Assembly (NCBI GenBank): GCA_965661285.1
Contig: CBFIDD010000005.1
Coordinates: forward strand, 1-41,475
Reading direction: 5' to 3'
DNA: 41,475 nt
From: Poseidonia sp.
GTDB lineage: Archaea; Thermoplasmatota; Poseidoniia; Poseidoniales; Poseidoniaceae
Below are positions 15,201-23,570 of the stretch, piece by piece. Positions within the stretch are counted from its first letter, which is position 1. Every line of letters starts with the position of its first letter. The notes beneath the pieces were generated by a model, which was not told the DNA's origin, ran no database searches, and saw only the letters and a list, made by a program, of their open reading frames with translations. The translations under genes and the position numbers were made by a program.

Positions 15201-16898
15201 GCGAGCGGTTGTGCCCAACTCTACCCGTCCAGCGGCCTCATCACCTTCAGCAACGTGAGTTTTGCCGATTGTGAAGAGCAAGCGATTTGGGCGCAACAAA
15301 CACCGCTTCAGTTTACCGATTTGACGTTCGCAGAGGGGACGGATGCAGGCATGGAATTGACCGGTGTTTCCGGTTCCATCAACGGCGTTGATGCGACCAA
15401 CTTCCAAGGTGCCGATGCCATCATTTCGCTCAACAGCATCACGTCTGCATTTTCGCTGACCGATGTATCGGGTGAAGTCACCGGCCAAACCGGTATCGTT
15501 GGCGAGAACAACGAAGACATCACCATTGAGCGCGTCCATCTTACCGGTGCACCGGCCATTGACTTGGATCGGACCTCCGGCCTCCTCTCCGACATCACCC
15601 TTGAGGGCGATGGCAGCGGAACGGCGTTCATCTCTCACCACGGGCGTTCATCGGCCTCGTTGGTCGTTGAAGACCTCGACATCTCTGGCTATGCCGTCGG
15701 GGTTTCGCTTCACTCCGACCCCGGTGAAATCAGTGCACCGCTGGTGATGCGCAACGCTCACATCGTGGTTTCGAGCGCCTTGGCGACGGAAGAATTTCCC
15801 GTCAGAATGGAAGGGTGTTCCCTCATTGGTAGCGTCGATGTCGCCTTTACCGAGGTGGTATCGGTGGACGGCCAAGTCGGAACGGTCTCCGCCAGCGAAG
15901 GGGGAGAATTCTCTGCTTACAGAACGGTTGCACTTGATGCACAGCGTGCAGGTCTCCCGGTCGCTGCGACCTTTACCGTGAGCTATGGAAGTGAACTGCT
16001 CGACCCATTCACCGTCCAAGGCACAACGGTGGATGTCGAATTGCTCCTGCGAACCATGACAGCATCTCAGGAAGCGGTGGCCTCTCAATGGGTGGTGAAG
16101 GCCGTGGTCCCGGGGTCGCCTGCTGCCGAACTGACGGTGGCTTCACCCGCAACCTCGCCCTCCGTTTTGGTGGTGAACATTCTTGTCAACCAACCCCCAG
16201 AGGTCCAACTGCTCGAGCCGTATGCGGGTCAACGCGTCATGGAAGGGGATTCGATTCGCGCTTCGGCTGAATTCAGCGACGACATGGACGACGTCGACGC
16301 GCTCGTTCTCTCGTGGCGTGTGTACGATATGGCCGGAAACACCGTGCTGCAAGGCGGCGACGAACCCGTGTTCAACATCACGGATTTGACAGCAGGTTTC
16401 TACATCGTTGAGGCGACGGTATCCGACACCTTTGGCGAGCAAGCCATCGCATCCATGGATTTCGAATACACGCTTCTCGACACCGATAACGACTGGTCGT
16501 CTTCGTGTTCGTCCGATACGTGGTTTGACCCGAATACCGGTAAATCGTGCGGGCCCAACATCTACGACCAGGACGACGATAACGACGGCTTCAGCGACGA
16601 GAAGGATGCGTTCCCTCTCGACCCGTGCGCTCAACTTGATACCGACGGCGATACACAGCCCGATGTTTTGGACTGCCCGGAGGGCTACACAAGTTGGTTG
16701 ACCGAAGACATGGACGACGACGGGGATGGAACCCCAGATGTGCTTGAGGGTGCAGATACCAGCGACGACGACGACATCAACGTGAACGCCCTCATGGTGG
16801 TTCTCGCGCTCTTTGTGGTGGTGGCCATGCTGTTCTTTGCTCGACTGCGACGGGGTGGTCCGGGCGATTTGACATCGCTTGACCAACAACATCTCTGA
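12204..16898 (+). CDS. Large surface protein with right-handed parallel beta-helix modules, Ig/PKD-like domain, TSP3-like repeats and C-terminal TM anchor
   Basis: Signal peptide ending PVVNA, repetitive beta-helix-like pattern, DDDNDG/DAFPLDP repeats, TM ALMVVLALFVVVAMLFF followed by RLRR; start may be 12204, 12228 or 12246. Confidence 0.8.
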   Translation: MAPPQRQFMRQGRAMGMVTLLLTVLLLPVVNAADSTVSTSTTWSGDMVLSGNVTVASGVTLTVLPGTTVDAREYAIIIEGTLVADQTVFFSSITPETQGSHGQGLWPGLVVEPGGQANLTEVTVANASAGVLVRGDFNGTNVVFNDAYRGLSVMGGEAVVSGFEANRIDYEAMYVESGELNVTNGTATEVAAGLANHATANILEFTVNQAGVGVQSLGGTLDLRGLGVYNASVGVATASGASTSVRTFFGTGLALAIDAGDADDFELHLARLSGERLVVGQGVSSMYMEDVGFTATSASELRPIVDVRCDGLCKLENSTVDGVARSGVSWSGAGTSHMQNVFVQAAEQAIGASGSGHAAWTNLTVNTSKTGVSVQTPTSTLDDITVVLTSDDAVGVDVLGGVHDWSNLTVEKSFVATDTSSVGLKSWYSDLTIERLTSRNVSIGMLLEDSSLVAQSVEANIGSLAGVHLIDSTYRGSGLTTIAQDEGVLMEGDASLHLSSWTAQLHDTPLMMSTGSTAVVRAFTPLNTAPSSADALGDGTLYYGSSSNPSISTSASYRFVETDVTFTDLTGQPVEAHVAVHGFSLMSNSNGALTLPLVNTGSVVDVTLDGAGARVTLYGGQNGQSVQVPVIPDGDWTIASGQDVVLGPRPDGQPHQLTGDLTVANNAALTLVSTDVVFSSGHTVSVEGTGQLIGEAATITADALQASGESVLTGSGTEALTLDTNVQWGCLSPREVQHLNILGTLTVQPGCEIDVMSGTVEGTITAMTGAVFTSSSTLEIEVFDKGEPVDGALISIEGSVAMTDENGALSTETVARRVTDTGVTWEGIKTVTLQRNNFSDFVTWDTNRSLTHTFMASTVPSGAVSGWLVLERQWSPYTLDHSLELQSASTMTIQDGVSLRISEGATITVNGVLDAGDATLSSTGFGARWGGLALGSSTAAAIELSGTQLIESAPAITVSGLGSVQADGVFMARSASDALVVVESGSAATLVLRNSHLQNASGCAQLYPSSGLITFSNVSFADCEEQAIWAQQTPLQFTDLTFAEGTDAGMELTGVSGSINGVDATNFQGADAIISLNSITSAFSLTDVSGEVTGQTGIVGENNEDITIERVHLTGAPAIDLDRTSGLLSDITLEGDGSGTAFISHHGRSSASLVVEDLDISGYAVGVSLHSDPGEISAPLVMRNAHIVVSSALATEEFPVRMEGCSLIGSVDVAFTEVVSVDGQVGTVSASEGGEFSAYRTVALDAQRAGLPVAATFTVSYGSELLDPFTVQGTTVDVELLLRTMTASQEAVASQWVVKAVVPGSPAAELTVASPATSPSVLVVNILVNQPPEVQLLEPYAGQRVMEGDSIRASAEFSDDMDDVDALVLSWRVYDMAGNTVLQGGDEPVFNITDLTAGFYIVEATVSDTFGEQAIASMDFEYTLLDTDNDWSSSCSSDTWFDPNTGKSCGPNIYDQDDDNDGFSDEKDAFPLDPCAQLDTDGDTQPDVLDCPEGYTSWLTEDMDDDGDGTPDVLEGADTSDDDDINVNALMVVLALFVVVAMLFFARLRRGGPGDLTSLDQQHL

Positions 16899-16907
16899 GG
16901 CTCAACC

Positions 16908-17462
16908 ATGGTCGAACTCCCTTCCGCAGAACACGTCGCCATGGCGGCGGTGGTCGTCTTGGCGGCCATTGTGGTATGGGACGCTTACTGGTTGACTAAG
17001 CAACGACGAGATGTACCTCAACTCGGTGCGTTGTCTGGCGGTGGGTTTGCATGGGCCAGTGAGGGCGTGCACGAGATGGTTCGACAGTGGGGCAATCTCG
17101 GTTCCATGGCCGCCATGATGGTGCTCCCTTGGGCCCTGTTGGAGGCGAGTGATACCCCCATCATCTACGCCATCCTTTGGGACGTCTTCTTGGGACTTCA
17201 CCTCATTTCTTTGCTGGTTCCCAAGCGCTACGCCATCACGTCCACCCATCTCTTTGCCGATGGCCAACGCTACCCATGGGAGCGTCTTCGATTGGCCAAG
17301 CGACAACCAAAACGCCGGATCATGTTGTTACGCAACGGGTGGGGCCCGTTTGGACCGCTTCCGCTCGGGGGCGACCGGGCGTCGCTTGCCGTCGCCCGCG
17401 AATACATCAGGGCCATGGAACAGGCGCGCCGAGGTAGCGACCCCCACGTTGAGGCGGAGTGA
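16908..17462 (+). CDS. Hypothetical membrane protein (about 3 TM helices, small soluble C-terminal domain)
   Basis: Hydrophobic segments; starts 9 bp after the upstream gene. Confidence 0.75.
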   Translation: MVELPSAEHVAMAAVVVLAAIVVWDAYWLTKQRRDVPQLGALSGGGFAWASEGVHEMVRQWGNLGSMAAMMVLPWALLEASDTPIIYAILWDVFLGLHLISLLVPKRYAITSTHLFADGQRYPWERLRLAKRQPKRRIMLLRNGWGPFGPLPLGGDRASLAVAREYIRAMEQARRGSDPHVEAE

Positions 17463-17499
17463 ACGGCAGCCTCATGAGCCACCGTCCCGACCTTGGACC

Positions 17500-17928
17500 A
17501 TGGAGTGGACGCGAAGCGGCGACGATGTGTTTGTGAGGCTTGACCCCGGAGAGGAAATACATGCTACGCTGCAAGCACTGGCCGACACGGTGGGATTTGA
17601 CGCCGCCGCCATCACCAGCGGCATCGGTCGAACACGAGACAGCACCTACGGCTACATGGACGATGACCATGTCTACCATCGTGTGAATCTCAAGGATGGC
17701 AGCGAACTCGTCACCCTTCAAGGCAATCTAGTAAGGCGAGAAAACGGCGAGGCGTTCACGCACCTCCACGCCACCTTTTCAGATGACGATCTCAAGCCCC
17801 ATGCCGGCCATATGTTCTCGGCCACGGTTCATGTTGTGGCCGAAATACATCTTCGAATTTTGAGCCAAGCCATCATGACGCGTTGCCCGCTCGAGAACAG
17901 TGAATTCGTGGCCCTCAAGTTCAATTGA
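17500..17928 (+). CDS. PPC-domain (DUF296) protein
   Basis: VRLDPGEEI, SGIG, ELVTLQGNL, HLHATFSD, GH motifs. Confidence 0.9.
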   Translation: MEWTRSGDDVFVRLDPGEEIHATLQALADTVGFDAAAITSGIGRTRDSTYGYMDDDHVYHRVNLKDGSELVTLQGNLVRRENGEAFTHLHATFSDDDLKPHAGHMFSATVHVVAEIHLRILSQAIMTRCPLENSEFVALKFN

Positions 17929-17976
17929 AGGGTCAAAAAGCGATGCTTCATAGCCTGTCGCACCCCTGTTCACCTC

Positions 17977-20190
17977 ATGGGCGAAGCGGGCGCTTTCTCC
18001 GAAGCAGATGAGGCGCGTATCGCCTCACTTGCGGACCAAATCGCCCATCATTCGCACCTCTACTACAACCTCGCCCAACCCGAAATCAGTGATGCAGCGT
18101 TTGACCGTCTGTGGGACGAACTCAAGCAACTCGACCCCGACCACCCTCAACTCAGTCGCGTCGGTGCAGACATCGCTCCGGGCAGCGTGAAGGTTGACCA
18201 CCTCTTTCCGATGCGCAGTTTGGACAAAGCCACCTCGGCTGAGGAACTCAACCACTTTGTGAACACCACGACTTCAGGGGCCACTCGCTTCCTTTCTCAA
18301 CCGAAATTGGACGGCTCTGCTCTTTCACTCGAATACCGCATGGGCAGATTGGTTCGTGCTGCCACCCGAGGAAGCGGTGAGCGAGGCGAAGATGTCACGC
18401 GAAACGCCCGGAAAATCGACAATGTTCCGCACACGCTCCCCCTCCCCGTCGACGTCCATGTTCGAGGTGAAGTCGTCATGCCGCTTGCTGTGTTTGAGGA
18501 GAAATACAGCGATGTTTCTCCGAATCCTCGGAATCTTGCAGCCGGCGCTTTGCGGCAGAAGCATGCCGACGGGAAAGCCGATGCATCGGACCTTGTGTTC
18601 CAAGCCTACGATGCTCAAGTTCCCGGCGACGAACATCGTCACCCCGACAGTCAACCCGTCCCCGATATGGCCAACGATACCGACATGCTCGTGTGGATGG
18701 AAGACCGTCTGGGCATTGCTCCCGCCCCGTGGGAACTCCATCACGGCGAATCGCCCTCGCAGGCAGCCCAACTCTTGGACCAAGCGACCGTTGCTTGGAC
18801 AGAAAAACGCAGCACCCACGCCTTTGAAATCGATGGCGTGGTGTTCAAACTTGACAATTTGGCTCAACGAAACAGCCTCGGCATGACGGCCCACCATCCT
18901 CGCTGGGCCCTCGCGTGGAAGTTTCCCCCCGAAGAGGCGTACTCGGTGCTCCTGGATGTGGAATGGCAAACAGGTCGTACCGGCAACATCACGCCGGTGG
19001 CCCGTATTGCACCCCAGCGGGTGGGCGGGGTGACCGTTGAGAACACGACGCTGCACAACGTCGGCGAAGTTGACCGGCTCGGCATCAACATTGGTGACAA
19101 GGTCCTCATCGTCCGCAGGGGCGATGTCATTCCCAAGATTGAGCAAGCCCTCGGTCCTGCAGAGCCAAAGGACCTGACCGGGAGATTTCACGCGGATGGC
19201 GAAGCCTTCACGGACTCCCTCCCCGAACCAAGCGCCATCTCCACGCCGAATGCTTGTCCGGCTTGCGAGGGACACGTCGAGATCGAAGGGGCCTTCCTCA
19301 AATGCGTGAATCTCTTTTGTGAAGCTCGAACAAGCCGCTCGGTGCTCTACTGGTGCCGGGCTCTGGAATTGGACGGCGTGGGAGAGAAACTCGTTGACCA
19401 ACTGCTCGATGCACAGCACATTCGTTCGTGCGCCGACCTCTATCGGCTCACGTTGGACGACCTGCTGAGTCTTGAGCGCATGGGTGAAAAGTCAGCGACC
19501 AATGTGCTTCGGGAGGTTGACAAGGCTCGAACCATGTCGCTTGGAAAGTTCCTCCACGCTTTGGGACTTCCAGGCATTGGGCCCGAACTGGCTTCAGCGA
19601 TGGCGTCGGTGCTGGGCGATACGCAGCAGATGCTGGCATGGTTGGACGAAGCCCATGCCCAGCCCGGCGAGGCAGCTTTTGGTCCCGACCAAGATGAGGC
19701 AGGTAAACCGTATGCCCACAACCAAGCGCTTCGCAAGGTCCTCGCTCTCGATGGCGTGGGCGAGATTGTTGCCCTTCAGTTCCGGGACGGCCTTCAGGTC
19801 CGTCGAACGCTCGTCGAAGATTTGGTCGACCTTCTCACCATTGAAACCGAGGTCGTAAAGCCGACGGCCGGCCCCTTCCTCGGCATGACCTTCTGCGTGA
19901 CGGGAACACTTTCCGCCCCCCGCAAGGAAATTCAACAACGTATTATCGACGCAGGCGCGAAAATCGTCGGCAGCGTTTCAGCGAAACTCAGCGTTCTCGT
20001 TGCTGGAGAAAAGGCTGGCTCGAAACTCACCAAAGCCACCAACCTTGGCGTTGATGTCTGGTCGGAACAAGAATTGAACGCTCGTCTTGAAGGGGATTCG
20101 GACGGAGGAAGAAGCGAGACCGCCATTGTTGAGGGCGACGAACAACCCCAAACAAGCGGCCAATCCTCGCTATCGGATTTTCTAGGATGA
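17977..20190 (+). CDS. ligA: NAD+-dependent DNA ligase
   Basis: YY...ISDAAFD domain Ia, PKLDG adenylation motif, TRGSG..GEDVT, IDGVVFK, AWKFP, RGDVIP, C4 zinc finger, HhH and BRCT regions. Confidence 0.97.
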   Translation: MGEAGAFSEADEARIASLADQIAHHSHLYYNLAQPEISDAAFDRLWDELKQLDPDHPQLSRVGADIAPGSVKVDHLFPMRSLDKATSAEELNHFVNTTTSGATRFLSQPKLDGSALSLEYRMGRLVRAATRGSGERGEDVTRNARKIDNVPHTLPLPVDVHVRGEVVMPLAVFEEKYSDVSPNPRNLAAGALRQKHADGKADASDLVFQAYDAQVPGDEHRHPDSQPVPDMANDTDMLVWMEDRLGIAPAPWELHHGESPSQAAQLLDQATVAWTEKRSTHAFEIDGVVFKLDNLAQRNSLGMTAHHPRWALAWKFPPEEAYSVLLDVEWQTGRTGNITPVARIAPQRVGGVTVENTTLHNVGEVDRLGINIGDKVLIVRRGDVIPKIEQALGPAEPKDLTGRFHADGEAFTDSLPEPSAISTPNACPACEGHVEIEGAFLKCVNLFCEARTSRSVLYWCRALELDGVGEKLVDQLLDAQHIRSCADLYRLTLDDLLSLERMGEKSATNVLREVDKARTMSLGKFLHALGLPGIGPELASAMASVLGDTQQMLAWLDEAHAQPGEAAFGPDQDEAGKPYAHNQALRKVLALDGVGEIVALQFRDGLQVRRTLVEDLVDLLTIETEVVKPTAGPFLGMTFCVTGTLSAPRKEIQQRIIDAGAKIVGSVSAKLSVLVAGEKAGSKLTKATNLGVDVWSEQELNARLEGDSDGGRSETAIVEGDEQPQTSGQSSLSDFLG

Positions 20191-20994
20191 TCAACCGTAG
20201 AGCATGGCGTTGGAGGAGGGACTGCCCTTTTCGGATGCGCCAGCGGATTCCATCAACGCAGAAATCTGGGCTTCCAGCATTTCCGCCTCGGCCAGCAGAG
20301 GTTCTTGTGGCAGGTCAATGGACGGCAACAATGCGTTCAACCGCTTGATCAGCGCAGCAGCAGCCCGAGCATCGGGCCAACGGGGGTCGGCTTCCACCAT
20401 GAGGGACATGGTGCCTAACCCTCGTCGAGAGGCCTCACTAAGGATGCCAGCGTTCATCCCGCGAATGACGCCGGTTTCGAGAAGTGGGATGTCCATGTCC
20501 TTGAGCATGGCTCGAACGGTATCGTTGCAGCCGATGCCCACGATGTCAATCTCATCCGTGTCTTCGTATTCCACCACGGGGTCAACGCCGTCCATGCCGC
20601 TCTTCATCCCGGCCTTAGCAAAAGCGTCCACGACAACGCCAGCGAGAACTTGATGTTCTTTGGACCATTCAAACAGCGCCCAGACGATTTTGTGGACAAG
20701 GGATTCCGGTACGACCATCTCGCTCATGAGCAAAATCACCTGATCGCATCCCTCGATGGTACATTGGGGCTTCCCAGCATAGGCTCGAATCGGCGGAAGA
20801 GGGACGCCCTGGTTGATCATGGCGAGCGCTGGCAAACGCTCGTCAACGAGTCCACCCACGAACTCAAGGTCCAGGTGGTCGATGAGGTAGTGGCCCACGA
20901 TGCTTGAGACCATGCCCACGCTTGGAAAGCAGGCGATGACCATGGCATTCTCGTTCTCAATGGAGGTGTTGATGCGCAAACTTGGACTATCCAT
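20191..20994 (-). CDS. PAC2-family proteasome assembly chaperone (PbaA/PbaB-like)
   Basis: FPSVGMVSSIVGHYLIDHL, PPIRAY, PDARAAA motifs; C-terminal LYG. Confidence 0.88.
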   Translation of the reverse strand: MDSPSLRINTSIENENAMVIACFPSVGMVSSIVGHYLIDHLDLEFVGGLVDERLPALAMINQGVPLPPIRAYAGKPQCTIEGCDQVILLMSEMVVPESLVHKIVWALFEWSKEHQVLAGVVVDAFAKAGMKSGMDGVDPVVEYEDTDEIDIVGIGCNDTVRAMLKDMDIPLLETGVIRGMNAGILSEASRRGLGTMSLMVEADPRWPDARAAAALIKRLNALLPSIDLPQEPLLAEAEMLEAQISALMESAGASEKGSPSSNAMLYG

Positions 20995-21078
20995 GAGACG
21001 GGGTGGGACTCGGTGCCCTTCAACACTTTCCCCGTTTGGCCACCAAACCTTCATCATCAACGATGCCCACCTCAAGCC

Positions 21079-22263
21079 ATGGGTGAGGGTACACCGGAGA
21101 CGGAACGAGCGCACCAACTCTCCCCGTCCGCTTGGAACCGCTACGAGACCTGCCCGCGAATGTACTGGCTGAGCCGGCAACGTCTGCCTCGCAAAGCCGG
21201 GATGGCCGCCTCGCTGGGCACAGCCGTTCACGCCTCGATTGAAGACTTGCTGAACATGGACTTGACAGGGCGAGAGGATGCGGAGGCAGGATGGCTTCCC
21301 CTCCAGGCCGAACGCTTCCTCAAGATTCGCTGGGATGAGGAAAAAGCGGTGTTCATGAGCACGCCACGCCGTCCTGATTGGAAGGATGCGAAGTGGAACG
21401 AAGCGAAGAAGCAACAGCGCGGAGGTATCGTGCTTTTGTTGGACCACATCGGAGCGAAACATCTCAACCACGAACAAGTCACCGTCGCCCTTTGGCGCCA
21501 TCTTCAATCGCTCACCATCGCCGTAGAGGGAGAATTGAGAACCGGCGACGGTCGTTTGATGGGCCGCCTGGATTTGCTGTTCGCTGATGTGGACGACGCC
21601 GGAGAAATGCAGGGTTGGCTGGTGGCCGACTTGAAAACCGGAAACGCACCGACAAAGGAACTCAAGCCAGAAGTCAACCGACAACTTCGGATGTACAGGG
21701 ACATCTTGCTGGCCAATAACCCGAGCGCCCCTCCGGTTCGAACGGAGGGATGGTACACAAAAACAGCCTCCAAATGGTCGGCTGAAGGTGAAAGCGTCCT
21801 CGAACAGGCCTATGCTGCATGGGAGGCGACGCAACCCACCACCATGCCGATGAAACCAACGCCCGGTGCAAACAGTTGTGGCGGCTTTTGTGATTGGAAA
21901 GCTTGGTGTCCACACTGGTGGACGTGGCGCCAAGAATCCGGCACGCTCCATCAGGGTGATTTCTGCGATGCGGTCGTTTTGCTTCATCGGTACGAGTCGT
22001 CGTCGGGCGCCGCCGTGTTGGAACTCTGTGAGCCCTTGGATTCCACAGGCAGAGCCATACCGACCGGACACCAACTCGCCGCGAAGTTTGACGGACGTGG
22101 AAAAGAAGTGCTCGAAGAACTCCAAACATCAGGCCACCAAGGGGCGATCTTCCTTGGCTCGGTCATGACGGGGCGCGGAACGTGGCGCATAGGGCCGTGG
22201 TGTGATGTCTTGCCCTGGTCACCGATGCCCGATGATGAGCCCTACGAGCGACCAACATCATGA
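21079..22263 (+). CDS. PD-(D/E)xK nuclease, RecB/AddB/Cas4-like, with probable Fe-S cysteines
   Basis: LSPSAWNRYETCPRMYWL, GTAVH, GRLDLL, DLKTG, QLRMY, CGGFCDWKAWC. Confidence 0.88.
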   Translation: MGEGTPETERAHQLSPSAWNRYETCPRMYWLSRQRLPRKAGMAASLGTAVHASIEDLLNMDLTGREDAEAGWLPLQAERFLKIRWDEEKAVFMSTPRRPDWKDAKWNEAKKQQRGGIVLLLDHIGAKHLNHEQVTVALWRHLQSLTIAVEGELRTGDGRLMGRLDLLFADVDDAGEMQGWLVADLKTGNAPTKELKPEVNRQLRMYRDILLANNPSAPPVRTEGWYTKTASKWSAEGESVLEQAYAAWEATQPTTMPMKPTPGANSCGGFCDWKAWCPHWWTWRQESGTLHQGDFCDAVVLLHRYESSSGAAVLELCEPLDSTGRAIPTGHQLAAKFDGRGKEVLEELQTSGHQGAIFLGSVMTGRGTWRIGPWCDVLPWSPMPDDEPYERPTS

Positions 22264-23076
22264 GCGCAAGTGCGCTTTGATGCGTTCCTTGGTCGCCTCA
22301 CAATCCAACCCGTTGGCTGAAAGAAGCCAACCGATGTAGGCGGGGTCGTTGGCCTGAACCTCAGAGAGGTACCGGCCACGATGGCGCCCAAAGGCCAACA
22401 CCAACGCTTCCCCGTCCTCTCGGACCTTTCCCATGGCGTCGACCGGGGCCAAGTCGTCAAGTCCACGTCCAAGTTCCGATGCGTCCCGTGGCTGGTCGCC
22501 ATGGGCAATCCATCGCTCGAGTTCGGGGATTGACCGTCGGAAGGCTCCGGCATGTTCCACAGAGAGACGCCAGAACAGCAACATGGTCGCAGCAGCATCG
22601 GCAGCAGCCGTGTGGGCGGCCTCAAGGCGAATGCCGTGCCGTCGACACAGGGCACCAAGGTTGTGTGGCCGTGGAAGGCGGAGTCGACGAACCAACTCGA
22701 GCGTGTCCATGATGGCCTTTGGCTGCGGTGCTAAGCGTCCCATGCGCAAAAATTCGGTTTTCAGCATGGCGTAATCGAAACTCCTGACATTATGGCCGAC
22801 CAGAATGGCGCCGTCGATGAGGTCTGCGAGTTCGTCGGCGACCTCAGCAAGCCTTGGCTTGTCTCGGACATCCTCGTTGAAAATACCGTGAATTTGGCTG
22901 GCGTCGTAGGGAATGCGAACGCCGGGTTTCACGATCTGCTCTCGGTTCACAGGCGTGCCGTCTTCCAGCGTCCCAATCAACGCAAACTGAACGATTCGGT
23001 CGTTGTTGGTGGAAACCCCTGTGGTCTCCAAATCAAAGGCCAAAACCTTCTCCCCATGAAAAAGGTCCTGTGCCAT
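22258..23076 (-). CDS. DEDDh 3'-5' exonuclease (DnaQ/exonuclease X-like)
   Basis: FDLETTG, GHNVRSFD, HTAAAD motifs; C-terminal FGRHRG...DPAYIGWL module. Confidence 0.9.
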   Translation of the reverse strand: MAQDLFHGEKVLAFDLETTGVSTNNDRIVQFALIGTLEDGTPVNREQIVKPGVRIPYDASQIHGIFNEDVRDKPRLAEVADELADLIDGAILVGHNVRSFDYAMLKTEFLRMGRLAPQPKAIMDTLELVRRLRLPRPHNLGALCRRHGIRLEAAHTAAADAAATMLLFWRLSVEHAGAFRRSIPELERWIAHGDQPRDASELGRGLDDLAPVDAMGKVREDGEALVLAFGRHRGRYLSEVQANDPAYIGWLLSANGLDCEATKERIKAHLRS

Positions 23077-23143
23077 GAGCATTTATCGGCGGGCACCCCC
23101 TTTGAACATCACTCTCAAACACCATGACGCTCTCAGCACACCC

Positions 23144-23524
23144 ATGGGCTTGCGGGATTGGTTCAAATCAGCCGTATCAACGACACCCTCCTCGCCCCCA
23201 AATGAGCCAACGGTTGACGAAGAGGCGATTCAACGGAAGGCGTTCGCCAAACTTCAGCAAGCGAAAACAGACGAGGCACGGTCGCTGTTCGATGATACTG
23301 AAACGGCACCTGAAGAAGAAGCCACGGTCGCTGCCCCCTACGATGCAAGTGATGCATCGGTCGAGGATTTGATGGGTCTGGAAGACGAGAGTTTTACCCA
23401 TCTGGACGAGGTTGAGGTCGTTGATGTGACTTCGCTTGAAGATCCCTATCTTCGAGCCACCGTCGAGGGTGACATTCCTCAAGCGGTGAACTTTGGCAAG
23501 GAAGAAAACGACCCTTCTGTTTAA
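23144..23524 (+). CDS. Hypothetical acidic, probably disordered protein
   Basis: ORF starting MGLRDWFK, E/D-rich. Confidence 0.65.
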   Translation: MGLRDWFKSAVSTTPSSPPNEPTVDEEAIQRKAFAKLQQAKTDEARSLFDDTETAPEEEATVAAPYDASDASVEDLMGLEDESFTHLDEVEVVDVTSLEDPYLRATVEGDIPQAVNFGKEENDPSV

Positions 23525-23570
23525 TTTAAACTCCCGAACAATTAGAAAGGGTGAGGCCAGCCTCTTTTCC

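Noticed and set aside
12075-16898. Integrated element at tRNA-Pro
   Set aside because: No integrase and no duplicated tRNA 3' end seen in the window; the downstream gene looks host-like
20995-22125. 644-aa minus-strand ORF as a PAC2 fusion
   Set aside because: The upstream part is antisense to the nuclease gene; PAC2 similarity starts at 20994
21079-22263. CRISPR-Cas adaptation module
   Set aside because: Cas4-like motifs only; no cas1, cas2 or array in the window
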